A DNA stretch of 64,000 nt from Octopus sinensis. Taxonomy: Eukaryota. The DNA lies in assembly GCF_006345805.1 (NCBI RefSeq), contig NC_042999.1, positions 132,246,001 through 132,310,000 on the forward strand. The letters run 5' to 3'. Numbering within the stretch: position 1 is the first letter of the stretch; each line of letters starts with the position of its first letter. The notes beneath the pieces were generated by a model that was not told the DNA's origin, ran no database searches, and was given only the letters and a program-made list of their open reading frames with translations. Positions 62,007 to 64,000 of the stretch are shown here, in pieces. The translations under genes were made by a program, and so were the position numbers.

Positions 62007-62107
62007 ACACTTCCAAACTGGTGTTGATAAAAACAAAATACTGAGTTCAGAGGTCAACTTAATCAACATTTCTAGCTTTGAGCCAAAGTTAGAAAACATT
62101 ATTGTAT
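62007..62107 (-). CDS. Candidate internal exon (DTIMFSNFGSKLEMLIKLTSELSILFLSTPVWKC)
   Basis: Acceptor ttacctattgttctttcag and donor TGT|gtaaac enclose 101 nt open (phase 1 to 0). Product not recognised. Confidence 0.3.
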
Positions 62108-62945
62108 CTGAAAGAACAATAGGTAAACATTACCTTGATAATAATAAGAATATTAATGATATTGATAATAGTTTTCAACAAAGGCACAAAGTCACATATT
62201 TTGTTGGTGGGCTTAGTTGGTTATAACAACCTAGTATTTGACTGTTAGGGCAGTGAATTAGTAGAGTCATCAGAACTAGTGGGACCCATGAATATTTCAT
62301 GGAATTAATGGTTATTTCTGAAAACTTTATCCAAAAAACCTGAAAACGTAGCCTGTGCTGTATTTGTATGAAAAGATAGTTGCTCATCTGCTAATCATTG
62401 AAAAGTGAAGGAAATTGGAATATGATGATTACTTTATTTCATTTGATTTGCTATAAAGGTATTACACGGAAGGTGTAGCTGCAGGCTGGATGAGGACACT
62501 ATGATGATGATGAAATGAAAAATGGTTGATGGGAGAAGCAAACAACACCCGCAAATTGTTCTGAATATGTTGTAATGTTTTTAATGCATTTAGAGAAGGT
62601 CTGATATAGTTTTTGTGAAGTAGTGAACATTTGTAAGAAAATATTCTTTTACACTAAGTCAAATATGCAGTGAATATTACTCATTGTCCAAGTATATTGT
62701 GGAGTTTACTATAGAATCCTAGTACAGAGTGAAGTTATTATAGTGTCCTAGAATACAGAGAAGTTACCATAAAGTCTTAGTTTCCAGTGAAGTTAGTGTC
62801 CTAGTATGCTGAAGAGTTACTAGTATACTGTGAAGCAGTTTAAATAAACTAGCACACTACATTTGTATTGATTTTTTTCTCCAAATTGTTGCCAAAATGG
62901 ATACACACGTACATGCACGTGCACACATGCGCACACACACATGCA

Positions 62946-62989
<44 letters not shown>

Positions 62990-63065
62990 TATATATATGT
63001 GTCAAGACTGATGAAACGTGGAAGAGAGATACCAGCTGGTCTGAGTGCTCTCTACCCACAATAAC

Positions 63066-64000
63066 TAAAAAGACTACAGCAACTCAGGGAAACTAAGCCA
63101 GGACAACCTGCCATCCTCTACACACCATCATAAACTGCGAGCAGGGTACAAATTGTTGTCCTTAAATGCTCGCAGTTTATGCAACAAAATACATTTGTTC
63201 AACGCCTACGTCAGAAGTATTGACCCTGACTTCATCACTGTCACGGAAACATGGGCGCATTCCTTACTCTGTGATGGGGTTTTCAACATCACGGGGTACA
63301 ACCTCTTCCGTAAGGACCGCACTAACCGCCGTGGTGGTGGTGTGATGGTCTACCTTCGTTCAAATTTTTTGGTAATTCCTTGTGCCGATTTGAACGAATC
63401 ACAAGAAGAAGTTTTTTTCTGTGACGTACGTATGACCATGTCAACACTCCTGCTTGGCGTTGTTTATCGTCCCCCAAATTACCATCAGGACACACAGCTT
63501 TGCAACATCCTCCGAGCTGCTGCCAGGAAAACAGCCACTTATGTGTTTATTGCAGGCGATTTCAATCATCCTGAGATCGATTGGGAAACCTTCCATTGGC
63601 CACAGAGTGCAAACGATTTTGTTGAGCTTGTGCTGGACTCAAACTGGTCACAAGTAGTCACCTCTCCAACAAGAGGCGACAACACCTTGGACCTGCTCTT
63701 CACCACAACTCCTGAAGCGGTTATAATTGCACTACGGAGGAACCTTTAGGTGACTCTGATCATGCTATGATCATCGCCAATCTGGCTCTTGCGGGCAACA
63801 AACACCTGAACCATCTCCAATCTGCTTCCTTCGATTGGAAGAGAGCAGATTGGAACCTGTACCACACTGAACTACAGCACCCAAACTGGCGTGAATTCTA
63901 CAACTCTGGAGATGTGAATACTATACTCCAGATTATCCTGGACTCAATATGGGCAGCATGTGCAGCATCAGTGCCACGTAAACAAAAAAAGAAGAACCGT
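63066..64000 (+). mobile_element. CR1-like LINE ORF2 5-prime part, continuing beyond the window
   Basis: APE motifs, then after a frameshift near 63730 TEEPLGDSDHAMI..DWKRADW. CpGs retained, suggesting a young copy. Confidence 0.9.
63153..63749 (+). CDS. LINE AP-endonuclease domain ORF (frameshifted before the SDH motif)
   Basis: LNARSLCNK, ITVTETW, RKDR..RGGGV, VYRPP, IAGDFN, TRGDNTLDLLFT. Confidence 0.9.
   Translation: MLSLNARSLCNKIHLFNAYVRSIDPDFITVTETWAHSLLCDGVFNITGYNLFRKDRTNRRGGGVMVYLRSNFLVIPCADLNESQEEVFFCDVRMTMSTLLLGVVYRPPNYHQDTQLCNILRAAARKTATYVFIAGDFNHPEIDWETFHWPQSANDFVELVLDSNWSQVVTSPTRGDNTLDLLFTTTPEAVIIALRRNL

Overview
This is AT-rich eukaryotic genomic DNA dominated by repeats. The tRNA-derived SINE families, RTE tails and microsatellite load point to an Octopus (coleoid cephalopod) genome; that is an inference from family resemblance, not a database match. 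The only unambiguous host gene is an intact tRNA-Phe(GAA) at 58506-58578 (-). I could not identify any host protein-coding gene with confidence and list only a few low-confidence candidate exons. Most recognisable coding sequence is decayed transposon: an R4/Dong-like RLE retrotransposon (991-3910, -), several RTE LINE fragments (one encoding a PHD-type finger inside the RT), a young CR1-like LINE running off the right edge, two mariner (DD37D/maT-like) relics and a Merlin/IS1595-like transposase relic. There are also many SINEs, MITEs (TA, TTAA and 8-bp TSD classes), a non-autonomous Helitron, a solo LTR and Penelope-like remnants. The best leads are: (i) GG-ended MITEs with 8-bp TSDs and central telomeric G-quadruplex cores, one inserted in a Merlin transposase relic; (ii) an R4/Dong-like element bracketed by (ATT)n; (iii) a five-unit degenerate repeat at 47173-47470 with codon-like substitutions and acceptor-like AGs; (iv) several long near-perfect hairpins. 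I found no CRISPR array or prokaryotic system. Most short ORFs in the supplied track are artefacts of microsatellites, SINEs or antisense frames. SINE and LINE fragment boundaries are approximate; TSD, TIR and tRNA coordinates were read base by base.
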